Virus record (IMG/VR): IMGVR_UViG_3300030329_001103
Span: 1,855 to 65,854 of that record
DNA: 64,000 nucleotides
DNA from: a virus
Taxonomy: Duplodnaviria; Caudoviricetes
Strand: one strand, 5' to 3'
In this document: piece after piece, positions 43,649 through 53,806 of the stretch
Layout of the letters: each line of letters starts with the position of its first letter
Numbering within the stretch: position 1 is the first letter of the stretch
Translations under genes and position numbers: made by a program
Notes under the pieces: generated by a model
Told to the model about the DNA's origin: nothing
Seen by the model: only the letters and a program-made list of their open reading frames with translations
The model's database searches: none

Positions 43649-45351
43649 GAAAACTAGCATTTGATATTGAGGCTAATGGTTTAAATGAATTAACTGTTAA
43701 CTCAAAAGGTAATCCGATACCAGAAGCAACTAAAGTTTGGTGCTTGTGTGTAAGGGATGTAGATACAGGAGAGTCTTGGAGTTTTACTCCTGACTCTATC
43801 AGTGATGGGGTAGAACTACTCCGTGAAGCTGATATATTAATAGGACATAATATAATCTTTTATGATATACCTTTACTAGAAAGAATCTATGGTCCTATCG
43901 ATGCACGAGCTTACGATAGTCTTGTTGTTTCTAGGTTAATGTATCCCGATAGAAAGAATCATCCGTTCAAAGGTAACTCTCTTGAGTGTTGGGGTAAACA
44001 CTTAGGATGTGCTAAGACTGATTACACGGGAGGTTGGGATGCTTATAGTCAAGAGATGTTAGACTATTGCAAGCAAGATGTTATTCTATCTTGTGAAATA
44101 TTCAAAGCTCAACAAGACTTTGTATCTAAGAATAGATTCCCAGTTAAGATCGAGCATGATGTTGCTAATATAATTAGTAAACAAATACAAAATGGTATTA
44201 ACTTTGATAGTCTTGCTGCTGATGAATTAGAAATGGATCTATTAATGGAAAAGGTTTTGATTGAAGACAACATGCAAACAATCTTTCCGCCTATAGTTGA
44301 AGAGAGGTATTCGGATAAGACTGGTAAAAGATTAAAGGATAAGGTAACTCACTTTAATCCCGGCTCAAGAAAACAAATAGCTGAAAGGCTACATGATAAG
44401 TACGGTTGGATTCCTCCTAAGACAGATAAAGGTAATCCAAAAGTAGATGCTGCAGTCTTAAAGGAACTACATTTCGAAGAAGCAAAGACTCTAGTAAAAT
44501 ACTTTGATGTTGTTAAGCTTCTAGGTATGGTATCTGATTGGATTCTACGAGCATCTAACTCTAGGGATAATAGGATACACGGTAATGTTAATACACATGG
44601 GACTGTAACAGGAAGGATGACGGCTTCTCAACCTAACTTACAACAAGTAAGCGGGGACAAAAGAGCTAGGTCTTTGTTCATACCTAAAGATGGATGGGTT
44701 CAAGTTGGTATTGACGCTAGTGGATTAGAAGCTAGGTTGTTAGCAAACCGCATGTTTAAATGGGACGGCGGTGAGTATGGTGATGTAGTTATTAATGGTG
44801 ATATTCATACTACAAATCAACAAGCGGCTGGCTTACAGTCTAGAGATCAAGCTAAGACATTCTTCTATGCGCTTATCTACGGTGCGGGTGATGCTAAGAT
44901 TGGAAAGATAATAGATAGATCTGCCCATCACGGCAAACAAATTAAAGAAAGATTCTTTGATAACATGCCTGCACTAAAGAAGTTAATAGAGAAGTGTCAG
45001 TTTCAAGTAGCAAAGAAGGGGACTATAACCTTACTTGACGGTAGAGAAGTTCCTTGTAGGTCTAAACACTCTAGTCTTAACGTACAATTACAAGGCGATG
45101 GTGCAATTATAATGAAGCTAGCACAAATAAAATTAAATAATGCTATTGAAAATAATCCCAAACTAAAAGATAACGTAAGATTCATGGCTACTGTACACGA
45201 CGAATGGCAACTTGAGTGCGAACCAAGTATTGCACAAGAGGTTGGTCAGCTAGGTGTTCGTTGTATAGAAGAGGCAGGTGAGGAATTAGGTTGTGATGTT
45301 AGTATGGATGGAGACTTTAGAGTTGGAAGGAACTGGGCTGAATGTCATTAG
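43645..45351 (+). CDS. Family A DNA polymerase (gp5-like)
   Basis: FDIE, GHNII.YD, TGRM...PNLQQ, DASGLEAR, AKTFFYALIYG (Tyr at the T7 Y526 position), VHDE. Confidence 0.97.
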   Translation: MRKLAFDIEANGLNELTVNSKGNPIPEATKVWCLCVRDVDTGESWSFTPDSISDGVELLREADILIGHNIIFYDIPLLERIYGPIDARAYDSLVVSRLMYPDRKNHPFKGNSLECWGKHLGCAKTDYTGGWDAYSQEMLDYCKQDVILSCEIFKAQQDFVSKNRFPVKIEHDVANIISKQIQNGINFDSLAADELEMDLLMEKVLIEDNMQTIFPPIVEERYSDKTGKRLKDKVTHFNPGSRKQIAERLHDKYGWIPPKTDKGNPKVDAAVLKELHFEEAKTLVKYFDVVKLLGMVSDWILRASNSRDNRIHGNVNTHGTVTGRMTASQPNLQQVSGDKRARSLFIPKDGWVQVGIDASGLEARLLANRMFKWDGGEYGDVVINGDIHTTNQQAAGLQSRDQAKTFFYALIYGAGDAKIGKIIDRSAHHGKQIKERFFDNMPALKKLIEKCQFQVAKKGTITLLDGREVPCRSKHSSLNVQLQGDGAIIMKLAQIKLNNAIENNPKLKDNVRFMATVHDEWQLECEPSIAQEVGQLGVRCIEEAGEELGCDVSMDGDFRVGRNWAECH

Positions 45352-45884
45352 CACTTACACCGGCTAAGGTAGGCGTAGCTTTTTATACTAGACCTGATTG
45401 GGTAACTGGAGCTAGGAAGTTACAATCGTCGTTAGTTAAAATATTTTGTCGTACTGACTTGCATCACTGCGGTCTATTAATAACTAGAGGAGATTCTTCT
45501 GTAGTTTTAGCTGCTGATAAATACCATAGAACTAGATTTATAGATCAAGAATGTTACCACGAAAAAGTTATGAAACCTTGCCGAGTGGTAGAATTAGGAG
45601 AAGCTAATGTTTCTCTAGAACAAATGATGGCATTTCTTAGAGAACCATACATGGGAGATGCTAGAAGCTTAATCTTCTGGTACTTTATCGGAAGGTTTTG
45701 GTTTCCCAGAATGTTACCGCCATCGTGTGCTTTGATAACCTGTCAATTACTTAGGTTATCTGGCTTTAATGTACCTAATATTATAGCACCAGTAAAATTA
45801 TATAAGGAGTTAACTAATGCAACTAATAGTTATAGCGGGACAAGCAAGAGTTGGGAAGACTACGTTAGCGAAAATTATAGCTGA
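45342..45884 (+). CDS. Hypothetical protein, possible permuted papain-like (YiiX/NlpC-P60) enzyme
   Basis: His-first HCG motif and late SCALI..LL..SG Cys motif. Confidence 0.45.
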   Translation: MSLALTPAKVGVAFYTRPDWVTGARKLQSSLVKIFCRTDLHHCGLLITRGDSSVVLAADKYHRTRFIDQECYHEKVMKPCRVVELGEANVSLEQMMAFLREPYMGDARSLIFWYFIGRFWFPRMLPPSCALITCQLLRLSGFNVPNIIAPVKLYKELTNATNSYSGTSKSWEDYVSENYS

Positions 45885-46482
45885 AGAGTCTTTTAACATG
45901 GGTATGATACCTGAACTTCTTTCTTTTGCTGGTCCTTTGAAAAGGATGGCTGAAGAAAAGGGGTATACAAAAGAGAAAGATAAGCATAAGTATAGAGAAT
46001 TCTGTCAACAGTACGGCGAAATGAAACGAGAGATTGATCCTGATTACTGGGTTAATCTGTTTGACGAAGAAGTAAATAAGATTTGTATTAAGGAAGCGGA
46101 AGATATAAGAGAAGAGAAAAAGTTTTGGGAAAGATGTATTATAGTTGATGACTGTAGATATCTAAACGAGATTGGTCTAGCCGCTAACTACAATGCTACA
46201 ATTCTTTTCCTATCCTTTGGTGATAGAGACAAAGAAGATCCAAATGGATTGTGGAGAAATCACAACTCCGAATCTCTTGCCAATCAGGTAGAGGAAAATA
46301 AAGAATATAGAGAAATGTTTACTCATTATATTATTAATAACAAAACTACAGAAGATTTACAGCGTTTAGTTAAGACAATGTTACCTCTGTGGTGTGGTGT
46401 GGATATAGACACTGATGACTGCGATGATACGTGGTGGGAAGATGTCTTGTTTATGGATGGTATAGACGATGACGAAGCCTAA
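45817..46482 (+). CDS. Deoxynucleoside monophosphate kinase
   Basis: GQARVGKTT P-loop, FAGPLK, DPDYWV, DDCRYLNE, H.SE. Confidence 0.85.
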   Translation: MQLIVIAGQARVGKTTLAKIIAEESFNMGMIPELLSFAGPLKRMAEEKGYTKEKDKHKYREFCQQYGEMKREIDPDYWVNLFDEEVNKICIKEAEDIREEKKFWERCIIVDDCRYLNEIGLAANYNATILFLSFGDRDKEDPNGLWRNHNSESLANQVEENKEYREMFTHYIINNKTTEDLQRLVKTMLPLWCGVDIDTDDCDDTWWEDVLFMDGIDDDEA

Positions 46483-47212
46483 AACTGCGTGTCTCGATGG
46501 AGATATACTTGTATACAAAGCAGCATTCCTAGCGGAGATAGAGGGAGTGGATGTTTTAGGAGATAAAATAGAGCATGATGTTAAGAAGTGGAGACCAAAA
46601 GGTACTAAAGATTTTGTGGTCGCTCTATCCTGTGGCAAGTCAGATAATTTCCGCAAGAAAATCTGGCCCCTATACAAAAGCAATAGAGATAATATGCATA
46701 GACCTGAGTATCTATCTGATGCTTATGAGTATATGGAGAATAATTTCGAGGTGGTTCGAGGAAGTAATGTGGAAGCAGACGATATACTGGGACTATATGC
46801 ATCCTCACACACGGGTATAGCCGTGACAATTGACAAGGATTTACGGGGAGTAGATGGTTGGCACTATAATCCAGACAAAGAAAAGAAACCTGTATGTATT
46901 ACAGAAGAGGAAGCGGAAGATTTCTTTTTCAAGCAATGGATGACAGGAGATTCTACTGATGGAATCCCTGGATTGTGGAGAGTTGGACCGAAAAAAGCAG
47001 AAAAGTTCCTAGATGAATGGGAAAGAGAAGAGTGGATCGACAATATTCTAGAAATGTACGAGACTGATAAGTATATTCCTAGAGAATTGGCAGGCGTAGC
47101 CCCAGAATCCATAGGATTAGTTATGGCACGGTGTGTAAAGATATTAGACACAAGGACTTATGACTATGATGAAGATAAAATAACAATGTGGTGCCCTAAA
47201 GTTGGGTCATAA
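46469..47212 (+). CDS. 5'-3' exonuclease (gp6-like)
   Basis: DGDI, NFRK, YK.NR, EADD, DKD, GDSTDGIPG..VGPK.A. Confidence 0.93.
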   Translation: MTKPKTACLDGDILVYKAAFLAEIEGVDVLGDKIEHDVKKWRPKGTKDFVVALSCGKSDNFRKKIWPLYKSNRDNMHRPEYLSDAYEYMENNFEVVRGSNVEADDILGLYASSHTGIAVTIDKDLRGVDGWHYNPDKEKKPVCITEEEAEDFFFKQWMTGDSTDGIPGLWRVGPKKAEKFLDEWEREEWIDNILEMYETDKYIPRELAGVAPESIGLVMARCVKILDTRTYDYDEDKITMWCPKVGS

Positions 47213-47220
47213 AGATAAGA
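47192..47220 (+). promoter_or_regulatory. Candidate phage-RNAP promoter, copy 2
   Basis: TGCCCTAAAGTTGGGTCATAAAGATAAGA immediately before AGGAGATATACATG. Confidence 0.55.
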
Positions 47221-47231
47221 AGGAGATATAC

Positions 47232-49118
47232 ATGGATGATTTTCAACAATTCATCGTTACAAGTCGATACTGTCGGTGGCTAGAAGACGAGCAACGCCGT
47301 GAGACTTGGGATGAATGTGTAAATAGATATATAAATTATATGCAGGATCGCTTTGAGGTAGCAATACCTGAGGTTAGAGACGCTGTATTAAACAGAGAGG
47401 TCTTTCCCTCTATGCGAGCTTTGATGACAGCTGGTCCTGCAGCAGAAGTCGATGACACCTGTCTTTATAACTGTTCTTATATAGCTATTGAAAATATTAG
47501 ATCCTTTAGTGATATTATGTATATCCTTTGTTGTGGCACTGGTGTGGGATTTTCCTGTGAAAGTTATCACACTGATATGCTACCCGTAATCCCAGAGAAT
47601 ATTGTTAGGGATGAAAAGGATATTATTAAAGTCCCTGACTCAAGGACAGGCTGGGCAGATTCGTTTAGATTATTATTAACTAAACTATACAACGGCATTC
47701 ACCCTACGTGGGATACGTCGTTAGTTAGGCCTGCTGGAGAAAGGCTAAAGACATTTGGAGGCAGAGCTAGTGGTGCTGAGCCTCTCGAGAGATTGTTTAG
47801 ATATGTGGTAAACGTATTTAATAAGGCGGCTGGTAGAAAACTAAAACCTATAGAGGTGCATGATATCGTGTGTCTTACAGGTGAAATAGTTATTGCCGGT
47901 GCTGTAAGAAGAAGTGCTTTAATCTCTTTATCTGATCTGCATGATAATGAAATGGCTATGGCTAAGTCAGGCGCATGGTGGGAAACAAGTGGACATAGGA
48001 GTTTAGCTAATAACTCAGCTGTTTATGATAAGAAGCCTACCATGAGCGAGTTCTTGCATGAATGGTTAACAATGTATAACTCTAAATCTGGAGAGCGAGG
48101 GATTTGTAATAGAGAATCTCTTAATATGCTAGCCGAAAGAACCAATAGAAACTTTGAGGATTACAAACTAGGGACTAATCCCTGCAGTGAAATTATATTA
48201 AGACCTAAACAATTCTGTAACTTAACAGAAATAGTAATAACCCCTGGCGATGACCTAGTTTCTCTAAAGAAGAAGGTTGAATGTGCGACCATCATGGGAA
48301 CAATTCAATCAGCCTGTACCTCATTCCCTTACTTAGACAGTGACTGGAAAAGTAATTGCGAAGAGGAGAGGCTACTAGGACTATCGTTTACTGGTATTTA
48401 CGACAGCTTGTTAATGTCTAAACCAAGTATTATGTTAGAAGAAATGCTTGGAATTCTTAAGGAATACGCAGTTAAAGTAAATAAGGAATGGGCAGAGATT
48501 TTAAATATTAATCCAAGTAAAGCAATAACATGCTGCAAGCCTAGCGGTACAACATCTTGTGTTGCAGGTACATCATCAGGCTTACACCCTCGATATAGTC
48601 CTTATTATATTAGAAGAGTTAGAGTGGATACTAAAGATCCTATCTGTCAGTTTATGATAGATAATAATATCCCGCACGAAAAATGTGTATCAAGACCTGA
48701 GTCTACTGCTGTCTTTAGCTTTCCAATGAAAGCACCAGATGGATGTACTACTCAACAAAGTCTTGATCCTATCGAACATTTAAATCTTTGGTTAACTTAT
48801 CAAAAGGTTTGGTGCGATCATAAACCTAGTGTAACTATTTCCTATACAGATGACTCTATTCAAAAGATAGGACAATGGGTTTGGGATAACTGGGACTGGG
48901 TATCTGGTATATCTTTCTTACCTATTGACGATAATGTATACGAACAAGCACCGTTTGAATCTATTACAGAGGAAGATTACTGGTGTTTGGTAGATAATAT
49001 GCCACACGCTATTGATTGGACTAAACTAGAATTATATGAAAACGATAACCGTGTGGAAGTAACGCAGACATTAGCATGTACCGGTGGTGCATGTGAAGTC
49101 GTAGATTTAGTGGAGTAA
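47232..49118 (+). CDS. nrdJ: Class II (adenosylcobalamin-dependent) ribonucleotide reductase
   Basis: RRETW, PSMR, NCS, GTGVG, TNPCSEI, FCNL, KPSGT and C-terminal CTGGAC; no beta subunit nearby. Start moved to ATG 47232 (strong RBS). Confidence 0.9.
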   Translation: MDDFQQFIVTSRYCRWLEDEQRRETWDECVNRYINYMQDRFEVAIPEVRDAVLNREVFPSMRALMTAGPAAEVDDTCLYNCSYIAIENIRSFSDIMYILCCGTGVGFSCESYHTDMLPVIPENIVRDEKDIIKVPDSRTGWADSFRLLLTKLYNGIHPTWDTSLVRPAGERLKTFGGRASGAEPLERLFRYVVNVFNKAAGRKLKPIEVHDIVCLTGEIVIAGAVRRSALISLSDLHDNEMAMAKSGAWWETSGHRSLANNSAVYDKKPTMSEFLHEWLTMYNSKSGERGICNRESLNMLAERTNRNFEDYKLGTNPCSEIILRPKQFCNLTEIVITPGDDLVSLKKKVECATIMGTIQSACTSFPYLDSDWKSNCEEERLLGLSFTGIYDSLLMSKPSIMLEEMLGILKEYAVKVNKEWAEILNINPSKAITCCKPSGTTSCVAGTSSGLHPRYSPYYIRRVRVDTKDPICQFMIDNNIPHEKCVSRPESTAVFSFPMKAPDGCTTQQSLDPIEHLNLWLTYQKVWCDHKPSVTISYTDDSIQKIGQWVWDNWDWVSGISFLPIDDNVYEQAPFESITEEDYWCLVDNMPHAIDWTKLELYENDNRVEVTQTLACTGGACEVVDLVE

Positions 49119-49120
49119 CT

Positions 49121-49321
49121 ATGCAACATAGAAAAGATACAGTTTATAGAAAGATGCGAATGAACGCAACAATCTTACCAGCTGAATTAGTAATGATCGT
49201 AAAAGATTTAGATCAAAGACTTTTGGAATTAGAAGGAAAAGATTCTGATGGAGTTGAAAAACCTAGCCCTAGTAGACAGAAGTCTAGTAGAGTTCCTAAA
49301 GAAAAAGTATCCTCCGATTGA
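49121..49321 (+). CDS. Hypothetical protein
   Basis: GGAG RBS; 66 aa. Confidence 0.5.
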   Translation: MQHRKDTVYRKMRMNATILPAELVMIVKDLDQRLLELEGKDSDGVEKPSPSRQKSSRVPKEKVSSD

Positions 49322-49445
49322 ATGGGATCCTTCCGACAACGATAATTTTATTTCCGATGCTATCTATAGAGCAGGTCAAAGAGACATTATCTCTAAAATA
49401 GAACACATCATATCTCTTCAAAAGAAAGGAAAAGTAAATGGCTGA
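49248..49445 (+). CDS. Small conserved podovirus protein preceding the structural module
   Basis: L...YP...Y.AGQR.II pattern typical of this position in T7-like phages. Confidence 0.6.
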   Translation: MELKNLALVDRSLVEFLKKKYPPIEWDPSDNDNFISDAIYRAGQRDIISKIEHIISLQKKGKVNG

Positions 49446-50190
49446 AGTACCTGAAGGACCAAAGGAATGGCATTTAAAAGATAGACTAAATCCTTTTGAA
49501 GAAGGTATTTCTAATAAAGAAAGACACAAGAGGCTTAATCAATTCGGGGTGTGGGAAATCATGAGCCATAAGGCTGCTTACATACCATTAAAACATGGCG
49601 GTAAATACTACGTTGCTAACCGAGCTGGTAAGATGTGGGAAATGGAGCCATACATGGTTAAGGGGAGAAATATCTATGAAGAAGAACGAATCGGAGGATA
49701 TCGGGCAGACCTGACTGGAACAGGAAGATACTATGGCTGGGGAGGAAAAAATTGGATTTGGAATTTTGATGAAGCCGTTGACTACGCTCCAGGTATGAAG
49801 GGTGGTGGTTATGTGCCGATAGATAGGGCAGGGATGGGACCAAAACCTAGACCTAATTATAAATACGAACGTGGAAGAAAACAAAGACTTATAGATGCAT
49901 ATGGTAAATATCAAAAGGTAGAGGAAGCAAGGCGGAAAGAAGAACGTAAGCAACAGCTTGAAGAACAACGGCGTTTGTTAAGTTTAGAAGAGGGAAGGGT
50001 TCGGGCAAAAGGATTGCTTGCTTCCCGAAGAGAGCAACAGGCTTTGTTAGCCTTAACTAGAAGTGAGATGGATACACCTAATGTTACTGCAGATCCTCAA
50101 CCTAGACAAGTTGCTAAAAAAATCTCTTCACGAAGAAGAAAACAAAGTAAAACTCTATATCAGAGTTCATCATTAAGGAGACCAATCTAA
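49438..50190 (+). CDS. Hypothetical protein
   Basis: 250-aa coupled ORF before the portal. Confidence 0.6.
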   Translation: MAEVPEGPKEWHLKDRLNPFEEGISNKERHKRLNQFGVWEIMSHKAAYIPLKHGGKYYVANRAGKMWEMEPYMVKGRNIYEEERIGGYRADLTGTGRYYGWGGKNWIWNFDEAVDYAPGMKGGGYVPIDRAGMGPKPRPNYKYERGRKQRLIDAYGKYQKVEEARRKEERKQQLEEQRRLLSLEEGRVRAKGLLASRREQQALLALTRSEMDTPNVTADPQPRQVAKKISSRRRKQSKTLYQSSSLRRPI

Positions 50191-50516
50191 TGGGCGGACC
50201 TAAAATAGACGGCGGAATGTCTTATGAAGAAAGACAGGCTCTCTTAAGAGACGAGCAAAGAATGGCAGAAGAACGTGAAGAACATCAACGAGAAATATTA
50301 GCTCTTGAAGAAGCACAAAGAGAAGCTAGGGATAGAGCTCAGAGATTAATGAGAGAACAAGAAGAATCCCAAAGACTGGCGGAGATAGAAAGATTAGAGC
50401 AAGAAGGTGCTGAAGTTTCTGAGGATATAGCAGAAGCTGTTGATGAGGACACGGCTGCTGCAGATATGTGGACTTCATTAGCTATGGGTACGCAGACCGA
50501 AGAGAGGCCTGAATGA
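50190..50516 (+). CDS. Small coiled-coil virion-assembly protein (pre-portal position)
   Basis: MGGPK start, charged coiled coil, ATGA overlap with portal. Confidence 0.55.
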   Translation: MGGPKIDGGMSYEERQALLRDEQRMAEEREEHQREILALEEAQREARDRAQRLMREQEESQRLAEIERLEQEGAEVSEDIAEAVDEDTAAADMWTSLAMGTQTEERPE

Positions 50517-52108
50517 CTAGCGTAGTATCAGAAAGATTTAAAATTTTAGATAGCTTAAGAATTAATAAGCTAGAAAGAGCAAGGTATTGTTCGTCGTTAA
50601 CTATACCATCACTTCTTCCTCCTGAGGGATGGAACGAACAAATGCAATTAACTCAGCCATATAGCTCTGTTGCAGCTAGAGGTGTAACTGCTATGGCTAG
50701 TCGTATGCTTAGTGCTCTATTACCATTAAACGATATGCCTTTCTTTAAATTTGAACTATCTTCTGGTATAGATCCTGATACAGATATCTCACGGTATCTT
50801 GAAGAGTTAAGTTATCAGGTATATAATAAACTATCAAGTGGTAACTTAAGAGAAAGTATTTACCAAGCACTTCAACATCTAATTGTTATAGGCGACACTA
50901 TGCTTGTTATGGAAGATAACATGAACTTCCGAATCATTAGGCTAGATAGATATGTCTGTCGTCGTGATGTGTATGGGGATATTGAAGAAGTTATTTATAT
51001 AGAATACGAGGGTCTTTCTGAAGCACAGTATAATGATGTAGCACTAACAACCTCCAGCTTAGACATGGAAAATAAGCAAGGGTATAGGGCTATTTATAAT
51101 AGACTAACTGTAAAAGATAATGTATGGACACTACAGAAACAAGATGCTGAAGGCAATAGTTTAGGTGGCGGTGAATATACAAACCCACCATTTGTATTCC
51201 TTAAGTGGTCTTCTATTCCCGGAGAAAATTACGGTCGTAGTCATTGTGAAGATATTATCGGTGATATCAAAGCGCTTGAGGCATTTACTGAAGGGCTAAT
51301 TCAAGGCGTAGCTGCATCCTCTTTATTCTGGATGGGTGTAGATCCTGCTGGAATGACAGAAGTAGATGACCTAGCTGGTACTGCATCAGGTGGATTCGTT
51401 GCTTCTAGACCTAATGAAGTATTCACAATCTCACCAGCAGTAACAATGAATCCTCAATTACAATCTACCCAAGCAGGTGTAGATATTTTAAGAAATGAAA
51501 TAGGCAAAGCGTTCCTTCTCGACTCGGCTAGTATACCTAGAGGAGAGCGAGTAACTGCAACTGCTGTTAGAATGATTGGTCAAGAGCTAGAGAATGTTCT
51601 TGGTGGAGCATTCTCCGCTATTGCTAGAGATTTAATGAGACCTATTGTAAGAAGAACAGTATTTCTTATGATTACTAATGGCGAAATAGACGAACGTCTT
51701 GCTACTATGTTTAACTCTGAGGGTTTATTAGATATTGAAATAGTCACAGGGTTACAAGCATTAAGCAGAGATTCAGATCTTCAAAAGCTTATGCAGATGG
51801 GTGAGATGGTTAGAAACTTACCAGAACCAGCCGCTGCTATGTTTAGGTGGGATGAATATGGTAGAGCATTGGTTACTTCGCTAGGCTTTACTGCAAACAA
51901 ATGGATCAAAACAGAAGAAGAAGTACAACAAGAGCAGCTAGCTATGGCTCAATCACAAGCTAGTATTGAAGGCGCTGCTCAAAGTCAATTAGCAGCTAAC
52001 CAAGCTGTATCTCAAGGCGTGACTCAAGCCGCTTTACAGGATTTACAAAACAATGAAGGCGCAGGACTTGAGCAAGTGATGCAACAAGCAATGCAACAAG
52101 GAGCATAA
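50513..52108 (+). CDS. Head-tail connector (portal, gp8-like)
   Basis: LTIPSL, SVAARGV..MAS.ML.ALLP..PFF, GENYGRS, RGERVTA..VR..QELE..LGG. Confidence 0.96.
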   Translation: MTSVVSERFKILDSLRINKLERARYCSSLTIPSLLPPEGWNEQMQLTQPYSSVAARGVTAMASRMLSALLPLNDMPFFKFELSSGIDPDTDISRYLEELSYQVYNKLSSGNLRESIYQALQHLIVIGDTMLVMEDNMNFRIIRLDRYVCRRDVYGDIEEVIYIEYEGLSEAQYNDVALTTSSLDMENKQGYRAIYNRLTVKDNVWTLQKQDAEGNSLGGGEYTNPPFVFLKWSSIPGENYGRSHCEDIIGDIKALEAFTEGLIQGVAASSLFWMGVDPAGMTEVDDLAGTASGGFVASRPNEVFTISPAVTMNPQLQSTQAGVDILRNEIGKAFLLDSASIPRGERVTATAVRMIGQELENVLGGAFSAIARDLMRPIVRRTVFLMITNGEIDERLATMFNSEGLLDIEIVTGLQALSRDSDLQKLMQMGEMVRNLPEPAAAMFRWDEYGRALVTSLGFTANKWIKTEEEVQQEQLAMAQSQASIEGAAQSQLAANQAVSQGVTQAALQDLQNNEGAGLEQVMQQAMQQGA

Positions 52109-52111
52109 CAC

Positions 52112-52549
52112 ATGGCTACAAGAACATCAGGGGTATTTGCCTCAGCAACAGTTAACGGGTATACTGTTAAAACTACCCCTACTACCACAGCATTGGCTGG
52201 AGCAACAGACGAAACTGTAAGTGTTAACATTGAAACCGATAGTGATGCAATTGAAAATAAAAAGATTGTAGCGGGAGTAGACATAAAGGTTGCATATTCT
52301 GATGTAGCTGCTTACTTAATCTTTGAGGTATCCCATAATGGTACAGACTGGGCAACAGCTGTGGATATGTCTACAGATCTTACTCCTAATGTTACTGGTG
52401 TAAAATCATTCCTCCTCGATCTTACAGATATTTTTGCGCCTTATATGCGTTTCCGTGTTAATGGCGGAACTACTACAGCTAAGGCTGCAATATCCGCTAC
52501 ATCAATGGGAACATCCGGTACTATGCAATTTTTCTTTGCGTATAAATAA
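52112..52549 (+). CDS. Probable virion structural/decoration protein
   Basis: Thr/Ala-rich beta protein with EVSHNGTDW and PYMRF; AAGGAG RBS. Confidence 0.55.
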   Translation: MATRTSGVFASATVNGYTVKTTPTTTALAGATDETVSVNIETDSDAIENKKIVAGVDIKVAYSDVAAYLIFEVSHNGTDWATAVDMSTDLTPNVTGVKSFLLDLTDIFAPYMRFRVNGGTTTAKAAISATSMGTSGTMQFFFAYK

Positions 52550-52559
52550 GGGGGAATAG

Positions 52560-52823
52560 ATGTATAAAAAATATGTTAAAGCTAAGGCTGTTACTGCTCA
52601 CGATACTAATGAGCTTACAGGCTTTAGTGGATCGCAATGGGACGCATTGTATGTAGGTGTAGCAGGTAATGCTAACCTAGTATTCCAAGGTGATTCAGAT
52701 GCTGTCCTTTTTAAGAACCTAATTGCAGGCACTGTATATCCCTTTGGTTTAAAGCTAGTCAAATCAACTAGTACAACTGCTACTGATATGGTAGTATTAG
52801 ATAGTGGAAGATACGTGTCATGA
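52560..52823 (+). CDS. Head-spike base-like protein (Rcc01079-type pattern)
   Basis: A.AVT.HD...ALYVG.AGN...F....GT..P....V.ST.TTAT..V.L. Confidence 0.6.
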   Translation: MYKKYVKAKAVTAHDTNELTGFSGSQWDALYVGVAGNANLVFQGDSDAVLFKNLIAGTVYPFGLKLVKSTSTTATDMVVLDSGRYVS

Positions 52824-53794
52824 AAAAATATACTAAAGCATTTTCTATTACACCCCACGATACTAATGCTTTAGATCCTAGACCAGATGCATATTATGTA
52901 GGTGATGGTAATTTTACAGACGAACACGATACATCCGATTTTTATTCTCCTAAAGTATGGTATAGAGGCGGAGAACAAACTAAGATGGGCGGTGCTGTTA
53001 CTGGCTGGGATAATAAAGTTAATAACAGAGAAAGTTCAATGACTGGCTCTAGTGTTGACAATACAGATGGTGATGCCTCTACAAACTATATTGATTACGT
53101 TACTTTTAATGCTAATAATGATCACCTAAAGACTACCGATACCGATACTAACTATGATATAGGTACAGGTGGGTTTGAAATGATGGCTGTTGTTAGGTTT
53201 GCGGATAATGGAAATAAATATCAACATATAGCAGCTAGAGATTCTGGCGGATCAAATGAGAACTGGGGGTGGTTGAGAAGATCCGATGCTGCTGGTTCTA
53301 ACGCTGGCAAGATTTCATTCTCTATTATCGGTTCTGATCCTGTATCAGCTACTACAGTAGCATATGATACTTGGTATATATTAGGAGTGTCTAGGGATGT
53401 CTCAAATAATATACAGTTATGGAGAGATGGTGCTACAGATGGATCTTCTGCTACTAACTCTCGAGATTTAAATAATGAAACAGGAGACCCCCTTGTTTTA
53501 GGAGCTAAAGATAATGGAAGTGGAACCTTAGTTCAATCTCTTTTAGGTGACATGGCTGAGTTCATTCTCTGGGAAAAAATACTGGATACAGACGAACGAG
53601 CTGCTGTTGTTGCTAATCTTCAAGATAGATATTTTAATGATAGAAGAGGTAAGATAGTAACATGTTCAGATCCTAATGATGCTGATACTTATTCAATTGA
53701 ATATCCTAAGATTGGAACTGTTATACCTGAGAGTCCACAGTATATAAGAAACAGTGGGAAATATGCAGAAGACATTGTAGGTCTACAGAAATAA
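52820..53794 (+). CDS. LamG/concanavalin-like lectin domain protein with split spike-base ends
   Basis: TWY.L.V.R, LWRDG, LVLGA and GDMAEFILW LamG-like motifs; termini similar to 52560..52823. Confidence 0.65.
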   Translation: MKKYTKAFSITPHDTNALDPRPDAYYVGDGNFTDEHDTSDFYSPKVWYRGGEQTKMGGAVTGWDNKVNNRESSMTGSSVDNTDGDASTNYIDYVTFNANNDHLKTTDTDTNYDIGTGGFEMMAVVRFADNGNKYQHIAARDSGGSNENWGWLRRSDAAGSNAGKISFSIIGSDPVSATTVAYDTWYILGVSRDVSNNIQLWRDGATDGSSATNSRDLNNETGDPLVLGAKDNGSGTLVQSLLGDMAEFILWEKILDTDERAAVVANLQDRYFNDRRGKIVTCSDPNDADTYSIEYPKIGTVIPESPQYIRNSGKYAEDIVGLQK

Positions 53795-53806
53795 AAGGGG
53801 AACACT

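Noticed and set aside
47202-47231. Upstream start for RNR given in the ORF track
   Set aside because: ATG 47232 has the strong RBS; similar over-long starts were trimmed at 25708, 29202, 30398, 32254 and 40163.
47221-47234. pET vector contamination (AAGGAGATATACAT)
   Set aside because: Short match only, embedded seamlessly between native exonuclease and RNR genes.
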